DNA of 61,102 nucleotides, the filler included, from Globobulimina sp. (Eukaryota), in assembly GCA_003354225.1 (NCBI GenBank). It is 10 parts of 10 records of this genome, joined end to end, with 100 filler letters (N's around TTAATTAATTAA, not from the genome) between each part and the next. Parts side by side here need not be neighbours in the genome. Positions count along the whole stretch, not along the records: positions 30,639 to 36,660 come from PIVH01000376.1; positions 36,761 to 42,778 come from PIVH01000377.1; 8 more parts are not named here. One strand, 5' to 3'. The first letter of the stretch is position 1, and every line of letters begins with the position of its first letter. A program made the translations under genes and the position numbers. Positions 31,740 to 42,878 of this stretch are shown piece after piece. The notes beneath the pieces were generated by a model. That model was not told the origin of the DNA and did no database searches. It saw nothing but the letters and a program-made list of their open reading frames with translations.

Positions 31740-34700
31740 ATGAATCATTTGTCCACACCAATACTAGTCAAAGGAACAGGCACTGTCGACGATAATTTTT
31801 ATCCAATTTATGATGTGAATGAATGTTTTGCGAATCATAATAAAAACAATATCCACATTATGCAAAACTCAAATTCCGATTCCGAATGCGACACAAACAA
31901 AGATATTGATTTTTTAAATAATGACAATGATTTATATGATGATAACGACCATATTGACCATGCAAAACAAAGCAAAAACTATTGTAATATAGCAAATAAA
32001 TCAGAGAATCAAGCATTAAATAAATACAATATTCACTCATCACAGTTACCATATTTTATTAAAGGAAATGAATTTGTTATGGACGATGATTATGAAAATG
32101 CTCATCTTTTATGGGTAAAAGGTTCAAAATGTTCATCAGAAGAAAAAGCCAAAGATACAATAGTATATAATATATGCAATGAAGTGCATATTGGCGATTA
32201 TATACAATTTGCATTAAATAACTATGGAATTAATAGAAAAAAAACACAATATCGTAAAAATGGTGGATATATTAATCAAATTAGTAGGTATTGGCCAGAT
32301 GATAAATATGTTAATCAAATTGTATATGGCAAAGGTATTGTTATCGCAAAAACATATAATTCAGTAACTATTCAATTGGAGGGCATGGTCGCAAATAATA
32401 ATATTAAGCTATTTTATTGTTATTATGATATTATTCGATTAAATAAAGCAAGCAAAGTGTATGAAATCCGGTCGATGAATGAAATACATTTAAAAACAAC
32501 TGGTTTAATCAATATTTGCCAATTTACCATAGATTGGTTAACTGCGTATACCATATTATCATTTCTAGAAAATGATTGGCAGAGAAACGTTTATTTCAAT
32601 AGCCGAGAGTTTGTTAAATTAGTTCAAAATAGCTATATTAGAGTGAAACATGGCAATAAGTCATGTCCGTGTTGTACTTTTTTAAATGCAGCCAACAATA
32701 AGCAATGTTCAATGTGTCTCTATGCATTTGACGCAAATGTATTTGGTGCTGATAAATGGTATCTGAATAACTTTGCGCAATTAGCAATCAGTGATCATCC
32801 GTCATTCCCAGATAATAAACAAAGACATGAAATGTATGCAAAAAAACCATTCTTACCTAAAATACTCGACACACAAAGAAATAACATAGATATCATACGA
32901 ACGACATTGCAAATTGGTTTAAAAGAGTCGACGAAATTATATGGATACCAGTTACATACTGTTTGTTGGGCATATAATTTAGAAAAATCTGTAGCAGCAC
33001 AACAAAACTTATGTATTGGTTCCAATGATCTACGTTTTACAAATGATCCAGATATAAAATGTCCAGTATATTGTATGAATTATAACCATGACAATGCATC
33101 AAACAATAATCCATTATTTATCCCATCAGATTTAAAACATATATTACCGCCACGTTTATTATCCTATCAAGGTGGCATTATTGCGGACGATGTCGGATTA
33201 GGTAAGACATTGACGATGCTATCATTGTGTTTGTCCCATACTGCCACACAAAATGACATTGTTATCGGCAAAAACGGACAGTCTTTAAAATGCGCTTCAA
33301 ATTTATTAATAGCGCCCTCTCATTTGATTGAACAATGGAAAAACGAAATAATTAAACATTTTAAACCAGACATATTTGGCCGTAATGGACAAAATATTTT
33401 GCTCATTACCACTGCTGCTGAACATAGGAAAATATCATATTCAGATATCTTGTCCTCTTCATTTGTTTTAGTATCCGCAGAATTTATTGCTGGCACTCAT
33501 TACCAATCTATAATCACCGCATCAGATACGGATTGGCAACATTTCTTAAACCCAAACTTGCCGCAGAAACCAGCACATATGGCATCTAAATTAAATCTGA
33601 GATATCGTCGAAATACGAGATCATCGGTCAAGAATTCTAACGTAAAGTATCAAGATTTAGAGCAGACAGCGCCGTGTTTACATTCTTTTGATTGGAGGAG
33701 ACTTATTTTGGATGAAGGACACGAATACATTGGCACGTACGGATAAAATACGAGATGTTATTTTTAATATATTCTCAGATTTCTGTTGGTATGTTACTGG
33801 GACACCATTTACAAGCAATGCTATTATTGGCTATGTGGCTGATTTCTTAGATATTCAGTTTGTTGCTGGAGATGGAATACCTAATGATTTAGCCAAATAT
33901 TATGAGTTTATTGATTGGAAGGAACAGCTAAATAAACCATTGGGTCATGTATTGCATTTAGTGATTTATAATCATTTATTTTCTCGACATACTACAGATT
34001 CTATATTGGATGATAATTATTTACCCGCTGTGGATGAAAAAGTTGAATATGTTGAATTTCATCCGGTGGAGAGGCTATTTTATGACATTGTGGGCAGTCG
34101 CAGAGGGACCAAACAACAAAATATTAGGTTAGAGAGAAGAATATGTAGTGGCGTGTTCACACACTTTGAGAGGGGATTGGTGCATAATAATTTAATGCAA
34201 TTATTGAATATTAATCGTATGTATTATCCCAAACAAATTAAGAGATTGAAGACTGAATTTAAAAGTGAATATAAAATGTTATTAATTTATGATAAATGGA
34301 ACAATAAATTACAAGAAAAAAAGAAGGAGTTTCATGAGAACTTCAAAGGGAGAAAATTTGTGCTAAGTGAAGCTTTTCCAAATCAAAGAACCGAAAAATA
34401 TCAAAGGATTCAACAAAAATTTAATAGCCAACAACGAAGAATTAAACACATACAAAATGAAATTAAACGGAATGAAAAAGAATATGAAATGATTAAAAAT
34501 AATGAAATAAGTAATGAAATAAATGAATATAATTATAATTTTGTACAAAATATAGCAAATAGAAAGGAGGCGCAATTATTATTGAATATTGTTGAAGAAT
34601 ATGGGGCGAAGCATGCATATTTATTGAAATTTGTAAAAAAATTGCATTCAGATATTAATAATCGGATAATTATATTTTCTTTATTTGGTAAGACATTAAA

Positions 34701-35292
34701 AGATATACAAAAAAGATTAAAACAAATTAATATTATTTGTGTATTGTGTGTTGGGAATGTTCATATTCGTAAAAAAGCAGTAAAATTGTTTCAAGATTAT
34801 GAGAATAACAATATTGGCAAGAAAAGAGAGGATGGACGTGTTATATTATTAAGTATTGAGTCAGCGGCATCCGGATCTAATTTGAATACGGCGACCCATA
34901 TAATATTAGTGGACCCAGTGCCTGGCTCATCGTCGGAATCATTTGCGGCGGAAAGACAGGCCATTGGCAGAGCTGTAAGACAGGGAATGAAGAATAAAAA
35001 ATCTACCAAAGTTATTCGATTTGTGGTGCAAAATACTATCGAGGCGGAAACATATGAAAGAAATATAAATTTAAGAAATCAATCATTAAATGATAATAAT
35101 GATAATGTATTGAAACAATTGAGTTTAGAAAATAAATTAAAAATGTCGTTAGAAATTGAAAGAAGTGAAAGCGAGATTGAATTTTATGTAAATATTAAAG
35201 AGAATAAACAAAATATGTTGCCGAAAAAGAGAAAATGTGTGGATGATAATGCAGTAAATGCACCACCACAGAAAAAAAGAAAAATAAATTAA
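31740..35292 (+). CDS. SNF2-family (Rad5/16-like) helicase with a RanBP2-type zinc finger; +1 frame break at about 33730-33746
   Basis: CPCCTFLN..CSMC; GGIIADDVGLGKT; PSHLIEQWKNEI; RRLILDEGH; then in the +1 frame VTGTP, GSNLNTATHIILVDP and QAIGRAVRQG. Confidence 0.85.
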
Positions 35293-35382
35293 CGAAAATA
35301 AAATTAACTTAAGTTTGGTATCGTTGCGGTTTCAGGTTTTTATGCTTTAATTTATCGTGCGATACTCTTTATATTATAATAA

Positions 35383-36466
35383 TTACCTTCTCCTCTTACC
35401 CATTTCTCTACAAACAACATAAGCATTAAAAAGATTTGTGTTCATAACTTTGGCCATTGCACCTTTTGGATATCTGACAAGCGCAGAGTTTATGGAAACG
35501 GTTCAAATATTTTTGGTCAGTTAGGTTTAGGGGATAGAAAACATAGCAATAAACCAACATTGATATCTGATTTGAACAATGTAATAGATGTGCAATGCGG
35601 TATGAATTATAGCATTGCTTTATGCAGAAATGCAGCAAAACATTCAGTTATTCCATATTGGATACGGCAGATTAAACAAACCGTAGCAGCAGATATAATT
35701 AATTTGATTCTTACATTCAATGCTGATAATGGTGGCAATGCCGTATATTCAACAGGTACAATATGTCAATATTATACATTCAGCAATTTAGATATATTAT
35801 ATCGACATTGCATAATATTCCACAGAATGGAGCAGATTTGGTGGAAACGGTAGAAATAATGATATTTTATATAATGATAATACGTGGAAAAAGATTGATT
35901 CATTGGAGAATACGGATGTAATTAAAATTAAAACTGGCTGCTTTCATTCATTATTTTTGGACTCAAATGGAAGTGTAAAAGCATGCGGGAAGCATGATAC
36001 TGATGGTAGTGGACAATGTGGCATCGGGATGATGGGAGATGTTCGCAATCCTATTAATATCAATTATTTTACAAATAATCAGATAAATATAATAGATATT
36101 TGCTGCGGGTATGCTCATAACTTGGCGATTGATGATAATTATAATGCATATTGTTGGGGGTTAAACGACAGAGGACAATGTGGTGATGGTTCTACAAAAA
36201 ATATTAATGTTCCCAAACTAATTCCGTTTTTTGAAAATAAGAAAGTGTGTAAAATTCAGTGTGGTTATAATCACTCATATTGTATGACTGTTGATGGATA
36301 TCAGTATCTGTTTGGATCAAATGAATATAATGAATGTTTGAGAAAGAATATATCAAATGTTCTTGTGCCATATTGCATCAATAATGTGGTTAGTGCTAAA
36401 TGTGAGGAGAAGGTAATAAAATCAATATCAATGGGATATTATAATACAAAGATTATCGTTGAATGA
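35383..36466 (+). CDS. RCC1/BLIP-II repeat protein, intron 35756-35825; no 5' start visible, so possibly a truncated copy
   Basis: VYGNGSNIFGQLGLG, VQCGMNYSIAL, GCFHSLFL, CGYAHNLAI, WGLNDRGQCG, CGYNHS. The frame is closed by stops just upstream, with no ATG. Confidence 0.75.
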
Positions 36467-36660
36467 AAGTTGTGTAAGTCCGGTAAATGCGTTTAGTTTA
36501 CTACTACACTACCACTCTGTGCGAGATAAATGAAACATGGCAAACTTCGTGTTGAAAAAAACGGATATGTTAAATCAAAATCCTATATATTTTCTATTGA
36601 CGCTGTGGATTTACTCAAAGCTGTTTAAATGAGGATGATCCACACGGGATCACGCCATGT

Positions 36661-36760
36661 NNNNNNNNNNNNNNNNNNNNNNNNNNNNNNNNNNNNNNNN
36701 NNNNTTAATTAATTAANNNNNNNNNNNNNNNNNNNNNNNNNNNNNNNNNNNNNNNNNNNN
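36661..36760. other. Artificial contig linker 6
   Basis: N44-TTAATTAATTAA-N44. Confidence 0.98.
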
Positions 36761-38838
36761 TGATCCATGAATATTGGGTGTGTGTCGACATGCATTGACT
36801 GTATGGTATCAAGTTTATCTGTTATTACATAGTCTATTATGGAACCGCCTGTGTTTTGGACTCCCTTGGCAAGGCAGGTCAGGAATTTGGGCGCAAATTG
36901 TGGATTGGCTATTTTTAATTTGGTGTCATCCAGCATTTTTTTCATGTATCTGTAGTGCCCGTTTGTATTATGGTCCATAGTGATTGCTCCCATTCTGGCA
37001 TTGAAATCACCAATGACATACATTGAGTGACAGCATTGCTTATATTTATTAATATCATCTGTCAATAAGCGGTAGAAGTTGCTACTTCGATCGGCAAGAT
37101 TCGGCTTGAAAGGCCTGGCATAATTGACGGCAATGTAGGAAGGTTTGGATTGATTGGGGATTTGGACTGAGATCCAGGCGGTATTATGCCCTCTCGTTTT
37201 ATGGAGTAATTGCAGTTTATTACGCAGATTGTATTTGTAGTAAATCAGTATTCCTCCTACATTGCGTGGGTTGTTTGTGGAAATTGGCGCTTTATGGATC
37301 AGCAATTTGTACCCAGGCAGTTTCCAATTTGGTCGATGGATGGTTCTGGTATCAATCAAGAAGATTATGTCTAATTTGTGGTGCATTACAAGCTGCTGCA
37401 TGTACGGATGCATTTGGTTTATTTTCGTTTTTGCATTGCCGTTAATGTTTAGGAAGCCAATTTTCAGGGTTTTTATTCGGATTTGGGAGGAGGAAATTGG
37501 TTCAATATTCGGCGCATACATCTGCATAAATGGATATTTGAGGATAATTTCAGGAATATCGGTGTCAGAATGCCGTTCATTTGTGACATATTCATGAATG
37601 ACTTTACTGACCATATAATTTTTGTATTCTCGGAGTGTTGTGTTTTTTGTGTGATATTTGTTTATTGCGTGTTTGTAAATTTGGCTTAGTGAGATGATTG
37701 CGTTATTTTTCTGGTTATTGATCCAGTTATCTCTATGCAAAGAGTGTATGTTCATGTTCAGATCATGATGAGTGGCCTGCCAATGGTTTCGTATTTCACG
37801 AACTTTCTTATCTGTCGGGACATACCATTTTATGTGGTATTTGTTGTTTGCCGTTGATTGTTGTAAAATTGGGTCGTTTTCTACATAGTTGTTTTTCACT
37901 ATGAAGTCAAAAAGAGTTAAGACTTTTGCTGGACTTATATCAAAAGCATGGAGCTGTTTGTAAACTGTCTGTTCAATAGTCGCTTCATTGTAAGGTATCT
38001 TCTTGAATCTAATCCTAATATGTCTGGGGAATTTGCCTAAGATGAAGGATTTAATGGGATGGTAACGATGCTGTGGCATTCGCAAAGTGACCCAACGTAG
38101 CGATTTATCCATTATTATTTTTATGTATTTATACAATTTCCGAATTCGATGCTGATATTTTTCAATGAATTTGTACAGTTTCCGCGTATGTTTATGCTTC
38201 TCGGTGCATAGCATGTACCCCGAGACGCATTCTGTTTTGATAATATGCCTAAAATGATTGAAGTAATTATACACAGAGTAATTGGTCTTGGTACCACGAA
38301 AAAATGAGTTATTTTGCATTGTATCAAGGTCGGAGGAGGTTATATGTTGTGCGCAATGCGTTTGTTTGTGAGACTCGTTTCGTTGAATATGACTGAGTCT
38401 ACGGACACAGCGCATTGTTTGTTTTGTGTCAGAATCAATTGTCGAGATTTGGTGATAAAATGAGAGGAAATTGGTATGTAAATTTAAATTAAATGCGTGG
38501 TTCAGTGTGCAATCAAAGATATTACACAGATCAATGAACACAAAAAAAGAAGTTAAAAATATGTAATAATTGAAAAAAAGAATTAAAATGAAAAATAAAG
38601 GTATGTTGTGAATGAAAAATAAAGTTAAACGATATTGAAAAAAAAGAGTGGAATTTAGAAGAAAAACGGAGAAAAAATGGGTTGGGTTGAATTGAGAAAA
38701 AAGAGAGCTAGGTTTGGAGGGATTGGCTTGGTTTGGTTTGGATGCAAGAAAAGAAGTGGTAGATTGTGGTGAGGGCTGCGAGGCGATGGTAACTATGACG
38801 ATTGGGCTAATGTAGCCATTGTGGTTGCAACCAAACAT
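36761..38838 (-). CDS. LINE ORF2, N-terminal part with APE endonuclease (start 38838 or 38415), 3'-truncated
   Basis: KIGFLNING, DIIFLIDT, GGILIY, NYARP, IGDFNAR and SIIDYVI are EEP/APE motifs. Confidence 0.8.
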
Positions 38839-38843
38839 AATGA

Positions 38844-41219
38844 TTAGAGGTCGGTGATGAAGTCATATTGACTATTACTGATATTATGGTGGGTGCGTAA
38901 TACGTCATTGTCTGAATCATGGAGCGACTCATTATTTGACTCATTTTCGGCTTCATGGTCCGACTGATTATTTGACTCATTTTCGGCTTCATTGTCCGCC
39001 TCATTCTCTGATTCATGGTCCGACTGATTATTTGATGCATCCATGGCCGCGATTTCACGATTTATTGCATATCGACGCACCACTTTGCCGTAGGTACGCG
39101 AGGTAGTGCCATTTCTCTGTTTGCATATCAATGTCGCCAATGCAGCTTCGTCCAATGTCAAAGTGTTATTGTCGGCCACTGTTAATATTTTATGAAAGAG
39201 GAGATTGCCGATGTCATTCTCTTGGAATTTGTCGGTGATGTAACCATTGAACGTTAGGCCCAACTGATTCAATGTGCTGGTTTCCTCCCATACAAATGGC
39301 ACATTTCCGAGGGTCAGTCCTGCGATGCGAGATAGGGCGAATGAGTGATAATATGTGATTAAGGTATGCTCACTCGGAGCATTTCCTAAACCTGGGATGC
39401 CTTTGAAGCCATCTTCTAACTGCGGGCGAATAGCGGGGCATCCTTTGCATTTTGCCGATAAATGGCCACATTTGCGTTGAATGGAGACTTTATGCAATTT
39501 GTTGAGAGTGCGTTCGATTAAATCATTGGGTTTGCCGTTGCTGACCATGTCGATTTCAATTTTGGTCTTTAATTCATCCAATTTCGCTTTGTAATGTTCA
39601 CATTTATTGGGATTTACGCAAAAATAGGATGGGTCAAAGATGCATTTGTTAGGTAGTTGTAAATGCATTGCCGACAATGCGACAATATCTTCTCTGCACG
39701 TTTCTGTTATATTCACTTTCGTACCACCCACAATCACAGAGTTGGATAATAGCGCCTTATTGGCATAGAAATGGCTTTCTGCGATCAAATCCATTGCAGG
39801 GACACCAGTTAACAGGTTACGCGGTGTGTTTTTGAACTGGAATTTAAAGGAATGGTCATTCGAATGTATCTGGTGAGGATGTGCATAATTTACAATGTGT
39901 ATGTCGGGCTGGATCGGAGCAACACTGTCCAATACGTATTTGATTTCTCTCTGATTTAAATATGGCGAAATGTGATGTAACACCAATATGTTACCTGTTA
40001 ATAGCGCATGTTTGGTGGAGCAGTACCACGCTCTGGCTTTGGTCGCGTCGCATGGCATCAAAGTCAATTTCAGGAGAAGTGGGTCCTTGATATGATATCC
40101 CAACATGTCCCAAATGTACGCCAAGTCGATGGAGCGTGCCTGATATCTATTGACCGTATCCATATTATCCAAGACAGTTAAGTTGAAAATGCGTTTGAGT
40201 TTGTTGCGACATCCATAAAATAGGCTGGATTTTTTGACGGGGAAAGCAAGCGAATTGCAGCCTGGTGCATGTCCGAAGAAGTCGTTGTCGCCGTAATGCG
40301 CCACGTTATCGGCCACGGTGATTTTAAGGGGGTAGTTATTGAATAATACCTCGTAATGCAATGGTAATGGCTGCGCAATGATGTCGGTGATATAGTCTAA
40401 TAAAAGCTGGTTAGTGGCCACATAATTAAAGCCCGAGCCTGTTTTTCTGACATTGCCATGTAAGGGATTAAGATAAGTGAGGATTCCCTGTGTGTCACCC
40501 TCAATTTTGTCCAACGAGTTATAAAATGCAGTATCATTCGGGTAATATGTATACGACGACGAACAAAATAATACTGTCAGAGGTGCCGATGTGGGCAATA
40601 ATTCAGCTCTCGATTTGATGGTAGGGGCATGTTTCAAGGATTTAATAAAATCATCTCCATCGCGGATGGATAGTCGGTCTGCAATTCTATCATTGATAAA
40701 TACTTTGGAATATATGATCTGAGCGTTGTACTCAACGTTCAGCGCCGCGTGATGTTTGGTTGCAGCATGGAGCCATTTATCAGTGCGCGCGACCTGTTTT
40801 TGATTATATTTCTGGATCATACGGGAAGTGTGGGTCTCAGGGAGATACGCTTTGGTTTTGGTGACCGTGCGATGGGGATTTGCTGCGATTTGCTGTTGGT
40901 CAAAATTTATTTTTAAATCATCATATTCGCTAAATGTGGTAACATTATCTGGGACAATGGAGGAAGTGCATCGAATGCTAATGGTTTTGGCAGATGTGGG
41001 GACATTTTGGATGCCCGCAATATATGATAATTTATTGATATTATCACCAGGATTTTGTATGGAAAATAAGCGCGTGGTTTTGAGGGATGGCGAGCGGGAA
41101 TCTAAAGGGTTGGAGCCGGGATGGCTACGTTTGAGGGGATTTGGACGAATACGGCAGGAGTTGAGTATGCGGGATGGATCATTTTTACGCGGGAAGGGAA
41201 TGAGGGAGTTATTGGACAT
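38844..41219 (-). CDS. LINE ORF1 (Gag-like); probable ATG at 41219, with the frame open to 42011
   Basis: Long ORF upstream of the APE ORF. Cys/His motifs CIFDPSYFCVNPNKCEH and a degenerate knuckle RKCGHLSAKC; acidic C-terminal repeats. Confidence 0.6.
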   Translation of the reverse strand: MSNNSLIPFPRKNDPSRILNSCRIRPNPLKRSHPGSNPLDSRSPSLKTTRLFSIQNPGDNINKLSYIAGIQNVPTSAKTISIRCTSSIVPDNVTTFSEYDDLKINFDQQQIAANPHRTVTKTKAYLPETHTSRMIQKYNQKQVARTDKWLHAATKHHAALNVEYNAQIIYSKVFINDRIADRLSIRDGDDFIKSLKHAPTIKSRAELLPTSAPLTVLFCSSSYTYYPNDTAFYNSLDKIEGDTQGILTYLNPLHGNVRKTGSGFNYVATNQLLLDYITDIIAQPLPLHYEVLFNNYPLKITVADNVAHYGDNDFFGHAPGCNSLAFPVKKSSLFYGCRNKLKRIFNLTVLDNMDTVNRYQARSIDLAYIWDMLGYHIKDPLLLKLTLMPCDATKARAWYCSTKHALLTGNILVLHHISPYLNQREIKYVLDSVAPIQPDIHIVNYAHPHQIHSNDHSFKFQFKNTPRNLLTGVPAMDLIAESHFYANKALLSNSVIVGGTKVNITETCREDIVALSAMHLQLPNKCIFDPSYFCVNPNKCEHYKAKLDELKTKIEIDMVSNGKPNDLIERTLNKLHKVSIQRKCGHLSAKCKGCPAIRPQLEDGFKGIPGLGNAPSEHTLITYYHSFALSRIAGLTLGNVPFVWEETSTLNQLGLTFNGYITDKFQENDIGNLLFHKILTVADNNTLTLDEAALATLICKQRNGTTSRTYGKVVRRYAINREIAAMDASNNQSDHESENEADNEAENESNNQSDHEAENESNNESLHDSDNDVLRTHHNISNSQYDFITDL
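38905..39036 (-). repeat. Coding tandem repeat (12/36-nt period; SNNQSDHEAENE) at the ORF1 C-terminus
   Basis: ATTATTTGACTCATTTTCGGCTTCATGGTCCGACTG recurs on the + strand. Confidence 0.8.
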
Positions 41220-42778
41220 GTTTTCATCATCTTCAAAGGGGAAATCTTCATTAACTATGAAATGTATATTGTAATTGGTTATTATTATGTAACCGTTTTT
41301 GTATATTTTGTTTGTTGGAAATACCTTTTTGTTCTTTTGCCATCTGGCTCTGGTATATGCAGTAGAATTTAGTGAGGGAAGTTTGTAAAGAGGATTGTGG
41401 TGGTAAGGAGTGGAAGTTTTGATTGAAAAGTTGATGAAAAACACTTTCTGAGCTGAGTAGTAGTAACACTTTTGCTTGTTTCGTTTGTTTTGTATCGGTG
41501 TTGGTTGCTCGCAATGAGTGATATCAGAATTGATATTAAAGGTATAAGGCATCCACTGTTGTGGAGTTAATATGGAAGGAGAGATGGAAAGAGAAGGGAG
41601 GAGCTCATGGACAGTGGTCAAGTACACGAATTGCGGTACAAAGTTATTATACAGGGCAAGGATATCGGCAGTGACCGAGAGATCAGGTGATATGCCTGCT
41701 GGGTGGTAGTATGTAATGATGTGATGGATTTGATTATTATTATGTACATTTTGTTTCTGTATCAGCTCGTTCAGAGTGTAGTTGTTTTGATGCAATATGC
41801 ATTTTATTATAGTGTCTAGTTTGGTTGAAGTGTTGGTGTTGTTGTTGGAAAGGCATTGGGATGTGATGAAACAGTGCAAATTTATTATGGTAAACATATT
41901 TGTGTAGCATAATAGTATTATTTTGTATCTTTCTGTCGTATTTTGTCCTTTTTTGGGACTGTGCACTGTGGTTGTTCCGCTTTCCTTTCTTTCCGTTCTT
42001 TCGATTTGCAATTCTGATTCACAATGAACGAGACTGATTGTTGCATCGCAAAGACACTGTGAAGTTTGCAGGGATTCGGGTTCGGGAATTGTAACTTAAG
42101 GGGAGAAGTGAGGAAAGTTTTATTGAGGATAAGACTGAAGCATGTTTTTTAACTATAACAGTTTTTTTAATCGTAACAACTCCATCTGCTGGCATGTTTG
42201 AACTTTGACCGATATATTCCAAAAGTTATTGATATGATGCTAGTATGAGACTATTACTAATCATTGAAAAAAGAAAAAAAACTTTTCAAACAGCAAGACA
42301 TTTTCAGTACATATCGGAAACTCGACGGAAAGCCCTATTTCTTGACACTTTTACAGTCTTTAGTCGGGAATTGAAACTAGTATTACATATTGGCGTCCAA
42401 CTCCCGTTTAATTATAAAAGACGATGTCCACCATAGTTTTATCTGAGAACGTTTCCCGCAGCTTTGTTTTTTGCACAGATTTGTTTTGAGTGAAATCTTT
42501 AAGGAACAATGAACAATGCTGCCAGGAAAAGACGGTCCCAATTATTAGTAAGTGGATACGTTAGAAAATGTTGGTAAAATATGTTGTGGTTATTATCATA
42601 ATATATTATTATCCTTAAATAAAAAAGTTTTGATCTTTTTGTGTTGTGTTTTGTCTGTCATATACAAATATATTTTAATAAATAAATAAGATATATTGTT
42701 TTGGAAGGAATGCAGTGTATCAATGTGGCAATGGTTCAGATAAAACTGTATATTTACCACAACCAAACGAAACATTAA

Positions 42779-42878
42779 NNNNNNNNNNNNNNNNNNNNNN
42801 NNNNNNNNNNNNNNNNNNNNNNTTAATTAATTAANNNNNNNNNNNNNNNNNNNNNNNNNNNNNNNNNNNNNNNNNNNN
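42779..42878. other. Artificial contig linker 7
   Basis: N44-TTAATTAATTAA-N44. Confidence 0.98.

Larger units (their letters stand above)
36761..42011 (-). mobile_element. Non-LTR retrotransposon (LINE), 5' half; RT lies beyond the contig end
   Basis: A large intronless ORF1 is followed immediately by an ORF2 with an apurinic-like endonuclease. The sense strand is A/C-rich. Confidence 0.75.
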
